Part shown: positions 28,261-40,830 of the stretch, one piece after another
How positions within the stretch are numbered: position 1 is the stretch's first letter
Layout of the letters: each line of letters opens with the position of its first letter
Source: Octopus sinensis
Lineage: Eukaryota
Direction of reading: 5' to 3'
Assembly: GCF_006345805.1 (NCBI RefSeq)
Contig: NC_043006.1
Location: forward strand, 9,362,001 to 9,426,000
DNA: 64,000 nucleotides
Notes under the pieces: generated by a model
What the model was told of the DNA's origin: nothing
What the model saw: only the letters and a program-made list of their open reading frames with translations
The model's database searches: none
Program-made: the position numbers and the translations under genes

Positions 28261-28763
28261 ATTGGTAAAAACGGTAAGATAACAAAAGAAAGAAAGAGAC
28301 CTCAACATTATGTAAATAGAGGAAAGTTATTTATAAAATAATATGTTACAATTACTCAATTAGTCAAGATAAACTCTGAGTTTCAGATGCCGAAGTGGAA
28401 ATCCACAACACCATCTCTTCGGTTATATGGCCATCTGAAAAACGCTATGAAAAAATACCCTCATACAAAGGGAAATTACTGTGTTATAATTCTGCTACTT
28501 ATATAAGTACTCACGTGGTCCGCAAGCGCACATGTGAGCGTATGACTAGCCATGTTTACGTGTTTTACTATGAAATTTCAATCTCATTTTATATAAGTAG
28601 TAGAATTATAACACAGTAATTTCCCTTTATATAACAGTGTTTTTTCATAGCGTTTTGCAGATGGCTAGATAACCGAAGAGATGGTGTTGTGGATTTCCAC
28701 TTCGGCATCTGAAACTCAGAGTTTTATCTTGACTATTGAGTAATGGTAACATATTATTTTATA
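28261..28763. mobile_element. Inverted-repeat element in (TA)n, putative PLE terminus
   Basis: Arms 28332-28506 and 28589-28763, ~82-bp spacer, left-only tail 28261-28331; the tail recurs at 61372-61446. Confidence 0.8.
28667..28729 (+). ncRNA. Minimal hammerhead ribozyme motif (U4C variant); mirror copy 28367-28428 on minus strand
   Basis: AGATAA-CCGAAGA-GATG..GTGGA TT TCCAC..CATC-T-GAAA-CTCAGAG-TT-TTATCT; stem I is a perfect 6 bp. Confidence 0.7.
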
Positions 28764-28810
<47 letters not shown>

Positions 28811-28844
28811 TAGATAGATAGATACATAAATATATATATATACA

Positions 28845-28942
<98 letters not shown>

Positions 28943-29320
28943 AGTACACGTATACAAACACATATATAATATATATATATATACATGCGACGGGCTTCTT
29001 TTAGTTTTCGTCTACGAAATCCTCTCACGTGGATATGGTCGGATCCAGAGTATAGTAGAAAACATTCATACAAGGCCCTACGGAGTGGGACTGAACCCGG
29101 AACCATGAGGTTCAGAAGTCAGCATCTTACCACACCACAACTCTTGCCAACTACCTCTCTCAGTTCCTTCCACCTGACCGGTGTTCCGCCAAGCATGATC
29201 TTTCTTTCTTGGGTTGACAACCACCCGTACAATACATAATTTAGTTCTATATTTAAGAGATGAGGAATTATGTGCATTATTTACATTTAACGGAAATTGT
29301 TCCTCATCTTGTTAGTTGTT

Positions 29321-29366
29321 AACGCAACGTTTCGGTTGATATACCCTCCAGTCTTCTTCAGCTGTC
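29321..29366 (-). ncRNA. Minimal hammerhead motif with intact core, in a dispersed repeat (29240-29370; second copy 45480-45620)
   Basis: GACAG-CTGAAGA-A-GACTG..CAACC-GAAA-CG-TT-GCGTT; the second copy has perfect stem II GGCTG/CAGCC. Confidence 0.7.
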
Positions 29367-29688
29367 TTACAGGCATACATATATGCATAGAAACATGCAA
29401 AAATACCATGTTGTTGATGTTGAAACTCCAATGAAGAACCCTTGGATTTAGTTTAGCAAGAGGTTCTTTCTATATTGGCAAGAAATCTTGAAATAAACTG
29501 AACAATGTCATGCACACATGCACGCACAAACATGCGCCGTGTAACTTAGAGATTCGGCAAAAGATATGATAAAAGTAGTACCTGGTTGAAAACACTTAAG
29601 TATGGGGCGATTCCTTTAATTAGCATTCTTGAAATCCTTGCCCTAGTAAGGCTGCAGTCTAACGACTGAAACAATTTTTAGTTGACTG

Positions 29689-29744
<56 letters not shown>

Positions 29745-29747
<3 letters not shown>

Positions 29748-30053
29748 CAATAAATGACCACCATAAATGGCTAATATAAGTAAAATGAGACATACTTATC
29801 TACATGGCCGAAACAGCTGTAAGATGTAGTCTATATGTATATTTATATTTACTTATATTTATATTCTCTTATATATATTCTACATATTGTATAACATTAC
29901 TCTTTTATCTACACTCCTTTATGTACACTGTTTTGTTCTACTTTTTTATGTTGAACCTTATAGTTTCTTATGTGGTGGTTTAATAAAGTATGTGATTGAG
30001 TATTATCTGCTAATTGATATTTGATTCCGATGTATTTCTCCATTTTCTTTTTT

Positions 30054-30058
<5 letters not shown>
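29745..30058 (+). mobile_element. (TA)n-embedded element with the 3' half of an HHR
   Basis: GGCTA..ATAAGTA..TACTTAT..TGGCC-GAAA-CAGCTG-TA at 29769-29821; the CUGANGA box is absent. Confidence 0.5.
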
Positions 30059-30092
<34 letters not shown>

Positions 30093-31158
30093 GGTTTGGA
30101 GATGATTTACAGGTATTATATATTAGAAGAAATGAGGTACTCAGAAATCTTGATGGGTTTCTATTTACAGGCATTTATCAATATGTCATATGTTTTTATA
30201 AATCATATATATTAGGGCTTGCGTCCAATCTAGTGGATTCGTCAGGACTTTTTCAGGAAGTTTGTCTCCTTTTATAGTATTATTGAGTGTGTAGGGGTGT
30301 AGAGATATATAAGATAGTACAAGAGAGTGAGGAATGGGGAGAAAGTGAGAGAGAGTGCGTGACACACAGTATTCTTCGATTTTGTAGCAGAAATGATTTT
30401 AGTGACGCATGACGAAACAAATATAAACCGGCATTTACGAAGGTCTGAGAAACTTCTAGTGCATTTGTAAGTCCACAAATGTTACAAAATTTATGAAGGA
30501 GAATACATACACACACACACCGCACACTACACACATACACACATACAGATATGCGTTCGTGAACACACGCTTGGGTACGTTTAGGCATTATTTTTTTCCC
30601 CTTATAACTACCCTGCCTTATGTTTGAATTAGTTTCTTCATTCTCTCTTTCTAATACATACATACATATATACATACAAACTTACATTCTTACAAAAATT
30701 CCTACATACATACGTATACACAATATATAACCATATATGTATATATATGTATATATATATGTAAATACACATATATGTATATATACGTATGTATATGTAA
30801 ATGCATGTATATGCATACATAAATACATTCATACACAGACAGGTACACAAACATATGCATATATATATATGTGTGTGTATGTTTGTGTGTGTCTACATTA
30901 CTATCGTCGCAGATCCGTGAGCTCGTTGTGAATATCTCCTGATTTATTATCAAATACATTGAACATTCTAACACATACATATGCATACACTCACTGAGAT
31001 ACATACAGGTAGATTCGCCTCAACGTACCTGTATCATCATGACAACTAAATGTTCTTTGATATTCAATTCTTGTGTGATAAGGAATCTATTAACTCATAA
31101 ACTCTCTCACCAGCACATGTGCACGATTATGCATTAAATTATTTAACTCATTCATTAC

Positions 31159-31455
31159 TAAAGGGTAAAGACCCCCTTCGGTCGTGAATGACCATGGGAT
31201 TGCACCTAGAAAGTTATCCTCCTAGACACAAGTCCGGGCAAGTTTGTTTATGGAAGGCCAGCAGTCGCCCATGCATACCAGCCTCCCCTCTCCACGCCAC
31301 CAGTGTTATCCAAGGGAAAGACAAAGGTCGATACAGCTTGGCACCTGTGACGTCGCAACTCATTTCTACAGCTGAGTGAACTGGAGCAACGTGAAATAAA
31401 GTGCCTTGCTCGAGAACACAACACGCAGCCCGGTCCGGGATTCGAGCTCACAACC
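31159..31455 (-). mobile_element. SINE family C variant with a different tail
   Basis: Minus strand GAGCTCGAATCCCGGACCGGGCTGCGTGTTGTGTTCTCGAGCAAGGCACTTTATTTCACGTTGCTCCAG. Confidence 0.75.
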
Positions 31456-33813
31456 AACATTACTAACATCGTGTATAATACTCGTCTATCAACTGAACAT
31501 GACAAATAACTGTATGAATCGGGACTGGGTACAAATGGAATAAGCGCCGTAACAAATGTTTGGTACGCTTCTCACAACGACGAGCAATTAGTCAATGCTG
31601 GGGGTAACATCCCTGAAAAATTAGTATACCAATATTTTTATTGAAGGGAATAAGTATTTGAAAATATATGTTATACAACATAATTCTATATTGTGCTTAA
31701 ACACAAGGACTATATAGAAACTGTACTGAACAATGTGTGCCAAGCGTTACGTGAGCAACCACCTTGATAAGCCGTTGGCTAGCACCAGGCAGAGGCATGT
31801 AATGACTGAAACAAGTAAAAGAGTAAAAGAGTTTCCAGCCTTTACTTGATCACATACATTTTCATGTTTTTTATACGATAACTATTCCCAACTCAAAGGA
31901 CATTGTAGATACTGCTAATTGTACTTATTTAATTGGATGCTTTTATGAAATTCAGACTTTTTCATTTTTCTCATGATCTATATATATTTTTTTACTTTTG
32001 TGAGTCTGCTTCTCTTTGTCTTCGTGAGTTTCAGAGGAACGTGTTTTAAACGTGTAAACGTGACAATAATATCAAACTGCTGCTATGTTGATTCAATATC
32101 AGAGGAAATCTCTGTGAAGTAACTGTCGATAAGATTTTTTTTCTACTTGCCTCCCTGTCTGCCTCATGACGATCGGTGATTTCGAATGCTTATACTGAGG
32201 CAGGAGTGATGATCTGGCTTAGGCACGCCGAACACTAAGTTAGTTAGTTAATTTTTTGGCTCAAAAAGCAAAAAGCAAGGCCATAAGTTTGCACAGTACC
32301 GTCTAGAACCTACGAAGAGATTTTTCAAATAAATTGTTACAAATGGAGCCTGGGTGGTCTGTTAATATCAGGTGCAAATTTTTCATGTTTTGTTTTGCTA
32401 CCTCAAGCACAAGCTCGAAATAAGCCTAATACATCCACCATACTAAAAAGCAGTTTTGTTATTGCTTTGACTGGTTGCTTTTAATGGAATTTGTAATTTA
32501 CTTCACATTAAGACGTTAAATGTAACCATCGGTAATATGTTCTCAGAGATGTGCAGGATAAAGGGGCTGAGATTGCTGAGTTAATCGGGAGGAGGCCTAT
32601 CAATAGCGAAAAGGGTTTTGTCATTAACTTTGTTGCACAGTGAGACAGACACCATTAGAAAATATACCATTTGTATCCAAGGCAAAGGTACCTTGCCGAA
32701 AAATGATAGCTCTTTCTCTATTTCGACCACTGCGATTTGCACGAATGATGATGAAATTTGGATTTTCTGACTGAAATACATGTAAAAGTATTCCAGTTAG
32801 GCTTCCGGTAGGAAGAAGAAAGAAACATAGAGACTCTTTTAAGAAATTGAATTATATACGCATGGAATCCATTTTCGAGCGATGCGCGATGCGTTGATAC
32901 CTCCTACACGTAATAAAATCATTCAAACGAAGTTTGGTTGATATTTGTGCTTTTCTCAAGGCCATGTTTTATGTATTTCGATGTTTAATCACAACACTGC
33001 GTGAAGTTTGTGTATAGAATAGATCGTATTATGTGTTCTTCTGGTTGATAGTGAGTGTACCAAAATATTTTGCTGGATGACTGCCGACAAGCTTTTGAAT
33101 CTGCAGGCTTAGATCAGGTTTTCTATTTTCTTGTTATGTTAGTAAAAATGAGTTAGATTTTTGTAAAAGTTTTGAGCAGGTGTTACGTTCAACTTGCTTA
33201 TTATTTATTTCTTTATTTATTTTGGATATTAATATTTTCTCATACTTTCTTCTGACGGACATGGTTCTTTGGAGGCCGGTGCTGGGAGGCAGGGTATAAA
33301 TGATTATTATTATTGTTGCACTTCTGTATTGCTTGGCATTTTTCATCGCTTTCTACTTTTCAGATAGAGTTGCTAGCATATTCTTAGAGGCGGAGAAACC
33401 TGGCAGAGTTTAGGATGGAAGAAGGCACGCCTGTTGCCTATTGCGCGTCTATGTTTAGGACCACGGATATGGAATCTGTACCTAGGATATTACCTGGATT
33501 GCTGGTGGAGAGACTCTTTTCGCTTTATGCCATGTGGAGATGATATAAGACTACGGTATAATGGAAGATGGGAGAAATGACCTTCATGTTTATTATAGCT
33601 AGTTCAAATTTACAGATCCTTGAGAATTTAAGGGATTATTTTTCTATTTGGGCAGGTGAACTTCAATTAAACTTCAATTATCCGCTCCAACGCACGGTTG
33701 CAACACCAAATGGTCTTATGTCCAACCGTGCTGTTTTCCGCTGTGATTTTTGCTAACCAGGTATCGGTTAAACCTTTGAATAATCTGTAACAAGAAAATT
33801 CATCATTCTATTT

Positions 33814-33819
<6 letters not shown>

Positions 33820-33846
<27 letters not shown>

Positions 33847-33856
33847 CTATATATAT

Positions 33857-33901
<45 letters not shown>

Positions 33902-34062
33902 TATATATATATATCTTATATATATATATATATATCTATATATATATATACTATATATATATATCTTATATATATATATATACTATATATATATCTTATA
34001 TATATATATATATACTATATATATCTATATCTTATATATATATATATACTACGTATATATAT

Positions 34063-34099
<37 letters not shown>

Positions 34100-34802
34100 T
34101 ATATATATCTTATATATATATATATATATATATACTATATATATCTTATATATATATGTATATATATATATCTCATATATATATATATATACTATATATA
34201 TATCTTATATATATATATATATATATATATCTTATATATATATACTATATATATATATCTTATATATATATATATATACTATATATATATATCTTTTATA
34301 TATATATATATTACTATATATATCTTATATATATATGATATATATATATATCTCATATATATATATATATACTATATATATCTTATATATATATATACTA
34401 TATATATATCTTATATATATATACTATATATATATATCTTATATATATATATATATACTATATATATATATCTTTTATATATATATATATATACTATATA
34501 TATCTTATATATATATATGTATATATATATATCTCTATATATATATATATACTATATATATATCTTATATATTATATACTATATATATCTTATATATATA
34601 CTATATATATATATCTTATATATATATATATATACTATATATATATCTTTTATATATATATATATACTATATATATATATCTTTTATATATATATATATA
34701 CTATATATATATCTTATATATATACTATATATATATATATCTTATATATATATATACTATATATATATATCTTATATATATACTATATATATATATATAT
34801 AT
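33820..34802. repeat. ~1-kb (TA)n tract with recurring TACTA/TCTTA interruptions
   Basis: Alternating ...TATACTATA...TATCTTATA... motifs recur throughout. Confidence 0.95.
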
Positions 34803-36272
34803 TATATTAAATTAGAGATAAAACCACAATTAGGCAAATCAAACAGTGAAAATCATAAGCCTATACATAGAAATAAAATTAATTTAAAATATATAAAAGT
34901 TAAAATTTAAATATTTTTTAAATAATTTAAACTTATAAATTTTAAAGATATATATATAAATGAATATATATATATTTATGTGTATATTTTTATATTATTT
35001 TTTTCATTTATTTATTTATTTGTATTTTTAATTATTTATTTATTTATTAATTAATTTAAAAACTTAAAAAAATTTTTTTTTTAATATTATATAAATATCA
35101 AAAACTTCGCTAAGCCAAGTATATTTTTATATTTAAGATCTTTAAAATTTTAAATTATAATATTTTATAAGTCTTTGGTGTAATAATATTGTTTTTTTAT
35201 GTAAATATAGTTGTTTATGTAATGAACTAATTATCGTAATTTTCTATATAATTATTTGATATTAACTTTAAGTTTATTCGTACGATTTTACTTACCGATA
35301 TATATGTTGTTTGATAGCAAGTATACGAGTTGTTTAAATTTAGGTTTATGTATATACATGTATTAATAGCATTAATTGTAGTTTACATTTCGTATAATTT
35401 TTATTTCAACTTATATATTGTCTTTTTAAATTGATATTTGCTAGTTTTATTCCCATTGGTAATTATATTTATAGTATTTATTTGATAGTATATAACTACG
35501 AATTGATTATTTCTTTAAGTATTATAAATATAAGATTTCCGAAAGTTATTATTTAGACAACGAGATGTAAAGATGGTTAATTTGCTATACCGTTCGTTTA
35601 AGATTGTTTGTTTGTATTTTCGAAATTAGCTATTTCATCTTTAAATATGAAAAATTAATTTATTAGGTATTTATTATATGTTCATATATATTTATATATA
35701 GAGATTATTTTAGATCTTAATTATAATATTTATATACATTTATATATTTTCATTGATAATTTATATATAATAGTCATTTTTTTTTTGTAAAATATTTATG
35801 TAATAAGATATTGACTATTAACGAAATTAGATTATTGGTGGGTTTCTTACCTTAAAAATTAATACTTTGATATTAAAATTAATATTTAACATTATAATAG
35901 ATGTTATGATATAATCATAACCGTTAAGTTTTAAGTTTCTACTTTGATAATAGAATTTTTTTTTATACGTATAATTATTATATTATATATTTCTTAAGGA
36001 ATATTGTTTAAATATTTCTGATTATTTATTAAAATATTACAATTAACCTGAAGATTGACTGTAGCCATAATTTGAATTATTAATTGAATTTAAATTATTG
36101 TAATTCGAATTGGTTACAGCCATGAAACGATCGTAGTGTTTTTACTCTTTATCTTTTATTAAACTTTTAATACTTTCTGATATTTATATAACATAACATT
36201 TTTTTTTAAAATTAATAAATAAAAATAAATAAAAATAAATAAATAAATAAAATAATATGAAAATATACATAC

Positions 36273-36323
<51 letters not shown>

Positions 36324-36535
36324 ATAAGTTGAAATTATTTAAATAATTTTTATATTTTTAACTTTAATATTTTTTTAATTAATTTTATTTCTATGTATTG
36401 GCTTGTGATTTTCACTGTTTGATTTGCCTAATAGTGGTTTTATCTCTAATTTAATATAATATATTTATACTATAAAATTGGATTTAATCCTAAATCTAAT
36501 TTTCCCTGTAAGTTTGGATTTACTCCCTAATATTA
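34803..36535. mobile_element. ~1.7-kb AT-rich element with ~300-bp inverted arms, HHR and right-side tail (putative PLE)
   Basis: 34803-~35105 is the reverse complement of ~36173-36458; tail to ~36535; (TA)n on both sides; short family copy at 60130-60250. Confidence 0.75.
36043..36140 (+). ncRNA. Hammerhead ribozyme motif with intact core and long stem II
   Basis: CTGAAGA-T-TGACTGTAGCCA...TGGTTACAGCCA-T-GAAA-CGATCG-TA; palindromic stem III ACGATCGT; stem I is weak. Confidence 0.65.
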
Positions 36536-36557
36536 TTATTATATATATATACATATA

Positions 36558-36594
<37 letters not shown>

Positions 36595-37591
36595 GTGTGT
36601 GTGTGTGTGTTGTGTATGTATCTGTGTGTGTGTCGGTATTCTACCAAACCCACCCACAAGGCTTTTATCCATTATTTTATTATCATTTGCACAATGTGGA
36701 ACATATTTCACCAACCAATTATCAGATCATATGATTCTCATTAATAAAATACGTTAAGGGTGTTTTTTTTTCTTCCTTTTGATAAAAGTTAGCCATACAA
36801 GAGGCAAAACTTTTACGTTTTGCCATGGCCTTTTATGTAACTACCATTATCCAAGAGTGGAATGTAACACCACTGTGTTATTGTTCTTACCAAATCATCG
36901 CAAATAGCGGATGGTAGGTTGAAGGTTTAGTAACCTACTATTCAATTTCTGCTAGAAATTTCTATTTGGTTCAGTAAAAATGTTTCTTAATGGTAATATA
37001 GACATGAAAGAACATAAATATATGTCAGATGTAGGTTGTATATCTTGAAGGGGGAACATAGAAATACGATGTCACCATCCCACATTGTTGGTGACGTACT
37101 TTATGCAATTTTTCAAGTTCTCCACAGTATGGTTAAACCCAAGGAATCTGGTGAGAAGCATCTTCATTATCCACATACCTACACCTGTACATATTCATAC
37201 AGGGATATACACTAGGACTCAAATATATACCTCTATGTATGTGTGTGTGGGTTGGGTTAACGTGTGTCTGCATCTTCAGCTAATATGTGTAGCTGAATCG
37301 AAATTTATGAATAATTGTGGGTGGATAGAAAAGTATCAATAGATATAGAATTATTAGTGAATCATATTTCGTGTTTACGAATTAAAACATTTTCCGTTCC
37401 CATGATATTGGCAGCAATCAAAATACAGACATACGCAAACATACGTATATATCTAGCAATTATTTATGTGTATATAGTGACGCATAAGCGTACATCTAAA
37501 TATATGTATATATGTAGGTATAGAGGAATATATACATACATCGATATTTATGTATTTGTATGTATATCCATCTACCCTTATACAATATATA

Positions 37592-37648
<57 letters not shown>

Positions 37649-37843
37649 TGTGTGAGCGTGTATTTGTATATTCTTATCCATTATGTACGTATGATTAAGA
37701 ATGTATATATAGTGACGCATATACATACTATTATGTATGTGGATATATGTATGTGTATGTATATATATATATATTTATATATATATATATATATATACAC
37801 ATATTTGTATAAGCATACATATATATATTTATGTATATGTATA

Positions 37844-37896
<53 letters not shown>

Positions 37897-39430
37897 TTAT
37901 ATGTATATGTATATATATATATACATATGTGTGTGTATATCTTTATATTCATAGGTGTGTGTGTGTGTGTGTGTTTCTTTTTTTGTGTGTCAAAGTATTC
38001 ACATCAATCGGAATCAGTGAATATGTTTTGTAAACTATGGGAAAATACACAGACACCTCAGTCAATGACTTAAAAGACATTGGAAAACCTAGGACACGAT
38101 ATTAACAAATTTAGAATTCCTTCGTGATGATTTATTTGATATAGGTTTGCCTTTGTTGAAAAGTATATATAGATCTATTCATTTATTTATTTTACTATTT
38201 ACACGTTCCAGTCATCAGGTTGCGAAAATTTAGACAGTGCGTTCAAATGTTATATTAAGCTTTACCGAGGCCAACTCACCCCCATGTACTTATGCAATCT
38301 ACCATATGATCACCTAATGAAGAGCTACCCTACAGGGAAAGGGGCAATATACACGGTTTGCAGTATTGTATGATCTTTTAATCGACGTGCCGATTTTTCT
38401 TAGTGTTATAAGATCATTGACATAATTAGGAAGGTCTCAAATATCCAAATGTTTCACTTTAAAGATAAGGGAACATGATAATTGGAATGACTTTTTGAGG
38501 AGTGTAGTATGGTTATATGACATATACATTTTCTACGATATATATGGAGTATTTTTCTTCCGTTGCGAAAATAAATTATCAACAATCCATGCACTTGATC
38601 CCACGTACACACGGACACACACACGCGCGCGCACGCATGCACGCACACACACGCATAAACACATACACACATATGTGTATGCGTGTCGGGCAGGCTGCGG
38701 AATCCGTTGTGAAAACAACTGTCCAACGAACGGAATGGTGAAACTCTGAGTGATTGATCTCTGATAATATCTCAGCTTTAATAAACGCACATTATTCTAC
38801 CTTTGGTATTTGAGTACTATCATTCCACCTTATTTTGCACCAATGTACTCCTCTGTGTGTATACATGTGAGTGTCTGTGTGTGTGTGTGTGTGTGTCTGT
38901 GTGTGTCTGCGTTTGTCTGTGAGTGTTTGTGTATATATATAATCTCTCTGTCTATCTATTTTTTATCTCTATAAGAGAGATAGACAAAGAGAGAGAGATC
39001 GGGAGTGAGAGAGAAAGAGAGAGCCAGGGTAATGTCTTCCTATTCATAGCTTGACTAAACTATATCAGGTGTGCTTTTTCCGTCCATGCACACGTAAATT
39101 GGTTTCGAATCACGAGTGCTGCTTGAAGTTTGCATTACAAATAAGTGTCGCACCTCAAGTTTTGTCTCATCTATGAATACTTAAATCCTTCAAATTCACA
39201 CCATTTTGTTAAAAGTATTTACTATCTGGTTAAAATACACGTCACATAAACGTGTTAGTTTGATTGAATATTATGCATCCAGAGTTTGTATACAAAGACG
39301 GTCTCGGAAGTGTGAATTTCGGTCAGGCTTAGCGACTGAAATATGATTCTTTCTGTTCAACTAATTATTTTCCCGTAGTTCTCTTTTATCTTTGTATATT
39401 TTTCAATTGTTATTATTTCACTATCCTAAG

Positions 39431-39660
39431 GCGGTGGAGCTGACAGAAAGGATTATTTCATTATCCTAAAGGCGGCGACAAAATGCTTAACGTTATTTCG
39501 CCCGTCGCTACTTTCTGAGTTCAAATTCCGCCGAGGTTGAGTTTGCCTTTCATCATTGGAGATCGTTAAATTAAGTATCAGTTGGATACTCCGGTCGTTG
39601 TAACTGACTCATCCGTTCCCCTAAAATGCTGCCCTTGTTGCAACATTTGTAACTATTATT
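39431..39660 (+). mobile_element. SINE family B, degenerate
   Basis: TTCTGAGTTCAAATTCCGCCGAGGTTGAGTTTGCCTTTCATC core. Confidence 0.7.
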
Positions 39661-39935
39661 TCTCTATCATTTGTCTGACACCAGATCAATTTTCCTGTTC
39701 ATTTATACCAAATACATTCGATATCTTCCTATAGATTCGACAACTTTCCATCATCCTCAGTTGACTAGAAACAAACATAGTGTGAATTGATGAGAGCCCA
39801 ACTCACACAGAAACCTCACTATCTGGTGCATGAGAATTTGATGAAAACACTTTCGGTTAAAGGATTCAAAGGTTTAGAAGGGGGTGATAGTACAAATGGA
39901 CAATGCACTAAAAACTTTGTGTTGACCTTAATGTA

Positions 39936-40493
39936 TTGGGTTGTCCGGAAAGTTCTTGCCGATTTATAGTAGCTTACATTTCGACTTATTTTAGAACATG
40001 GTTGAGTCAATTAAATAGGATTTGATTACAACTCCATTTAGAGCACGGTTTAAGCTATCTTTTCATGGAAGAAGGTTTATGTTCCTATAACCTGTGTTAA
40101 TTCTGTAAAATGGAAGATAAGAAAGTTCATTTTCGGTATTTGAAGATTTGGGAACCAAGCAAAAATTGCTGCAGCTCGGCTGGGATATGTTGCCCCACCA
40201 TCCTTATTCATCAGACATTGCTCCTTAAGATTTCCACTTATTCAGGTCTCTGCAGAATATTCTTAATGGTAAAAATTTCAATTCCTTGGATGACGTAAAA
40301 AAGATACCTTGATGAATTCTTTGCCATGAAACCACCTCATTTCTGGGAAGAGGGTATTTTCAAGGTAAAGGAAAATGGAGACGCATTGTGCAACGAAATG
40401 GTTCATATTTGGTTGATTAAAAATGCAATGGCAAGTATTTATTGACCTTTTTCTCTCCTTTAAAAATCGGCACGAACTTTCTGGACAAGCCAA
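39936..40493 (+). mobile_element. Internally deleted mariner element
   Basis: TIRs TTGGGTTGTCCGGAAAGTTCTTGCCGATTT / AAATCGGCACGAACTTTCTGGACAAGCCAA with TA duplication. Start MEDKKVHFRYL is joined to C-terminal LGWDMLPHHPYSSDIAP*DFHLFRSLQN (YSPDLAP.D motif). Confidence 0.92.
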
Positions 40494-40513
40494 TATATAC
40501 ATACATGATGTTA

Positions 40514-40830
40514 AGGTGCGTGGCTTAGTGGTTAAGGTATTTGGCTCACGATCGTGTGGTCGTGAGTTTCATACCTGGTTGTGGGTTGTGTACTTCATCA
40601 AGGTACTTTATTTGGCAGTGCTGAAACCCGCTCAGCAGGCAAAAATTAGTCGTACTTGTATTTCAAAGAGCCAACTTTCTCACATCTGTGTCACGCTGAC
40701 TCTCCCTGAGAACTACGTCGAAGTTATGCGTGTCTGCGCTGTTCTCAGCTACTTGCACGTTAATATCAGGAGAAGACATTTCTGTTGATCGAATCAAATG
40801 TAAGTCTCGTCGTAACTGATATGATACCAG
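40514..40830 (+). mobile_element. SINE family C
   Basis: GGTGCGTGGCTTAGTGGTTAAGGTATTTGGCTCACGATCG tRNA-like head; homologous to 1150-1490. Confidence 0.75.

Larger units (their letters stand above)
27890..29140 (-). mobile_element. SINE family A split by an insertion into its internal microsatellite
   Basis: Tail at 27890-28075 and head at 28987-29140 on the same strand and colinear. Confidence 0.7.

Noticed and set aside
34156-34910. YIYI-, CVCV- and HTHT-rich ORFs here and throughout
   Set aside because: Dinucleotide microsatellites lack stop codons; there is no coding signal.
39715-39765. Minus-strand CTGAGGA...GAAT-CTATAG motif
   Set aside because: GAAA and UH are both broken and there is no stem I; likely chance.
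40200-40215. TCATCAG (minus-strand CTGATGA)
   Set aside because: It is part of the mariner YSSDIAP coding motif and has no HHR stems.
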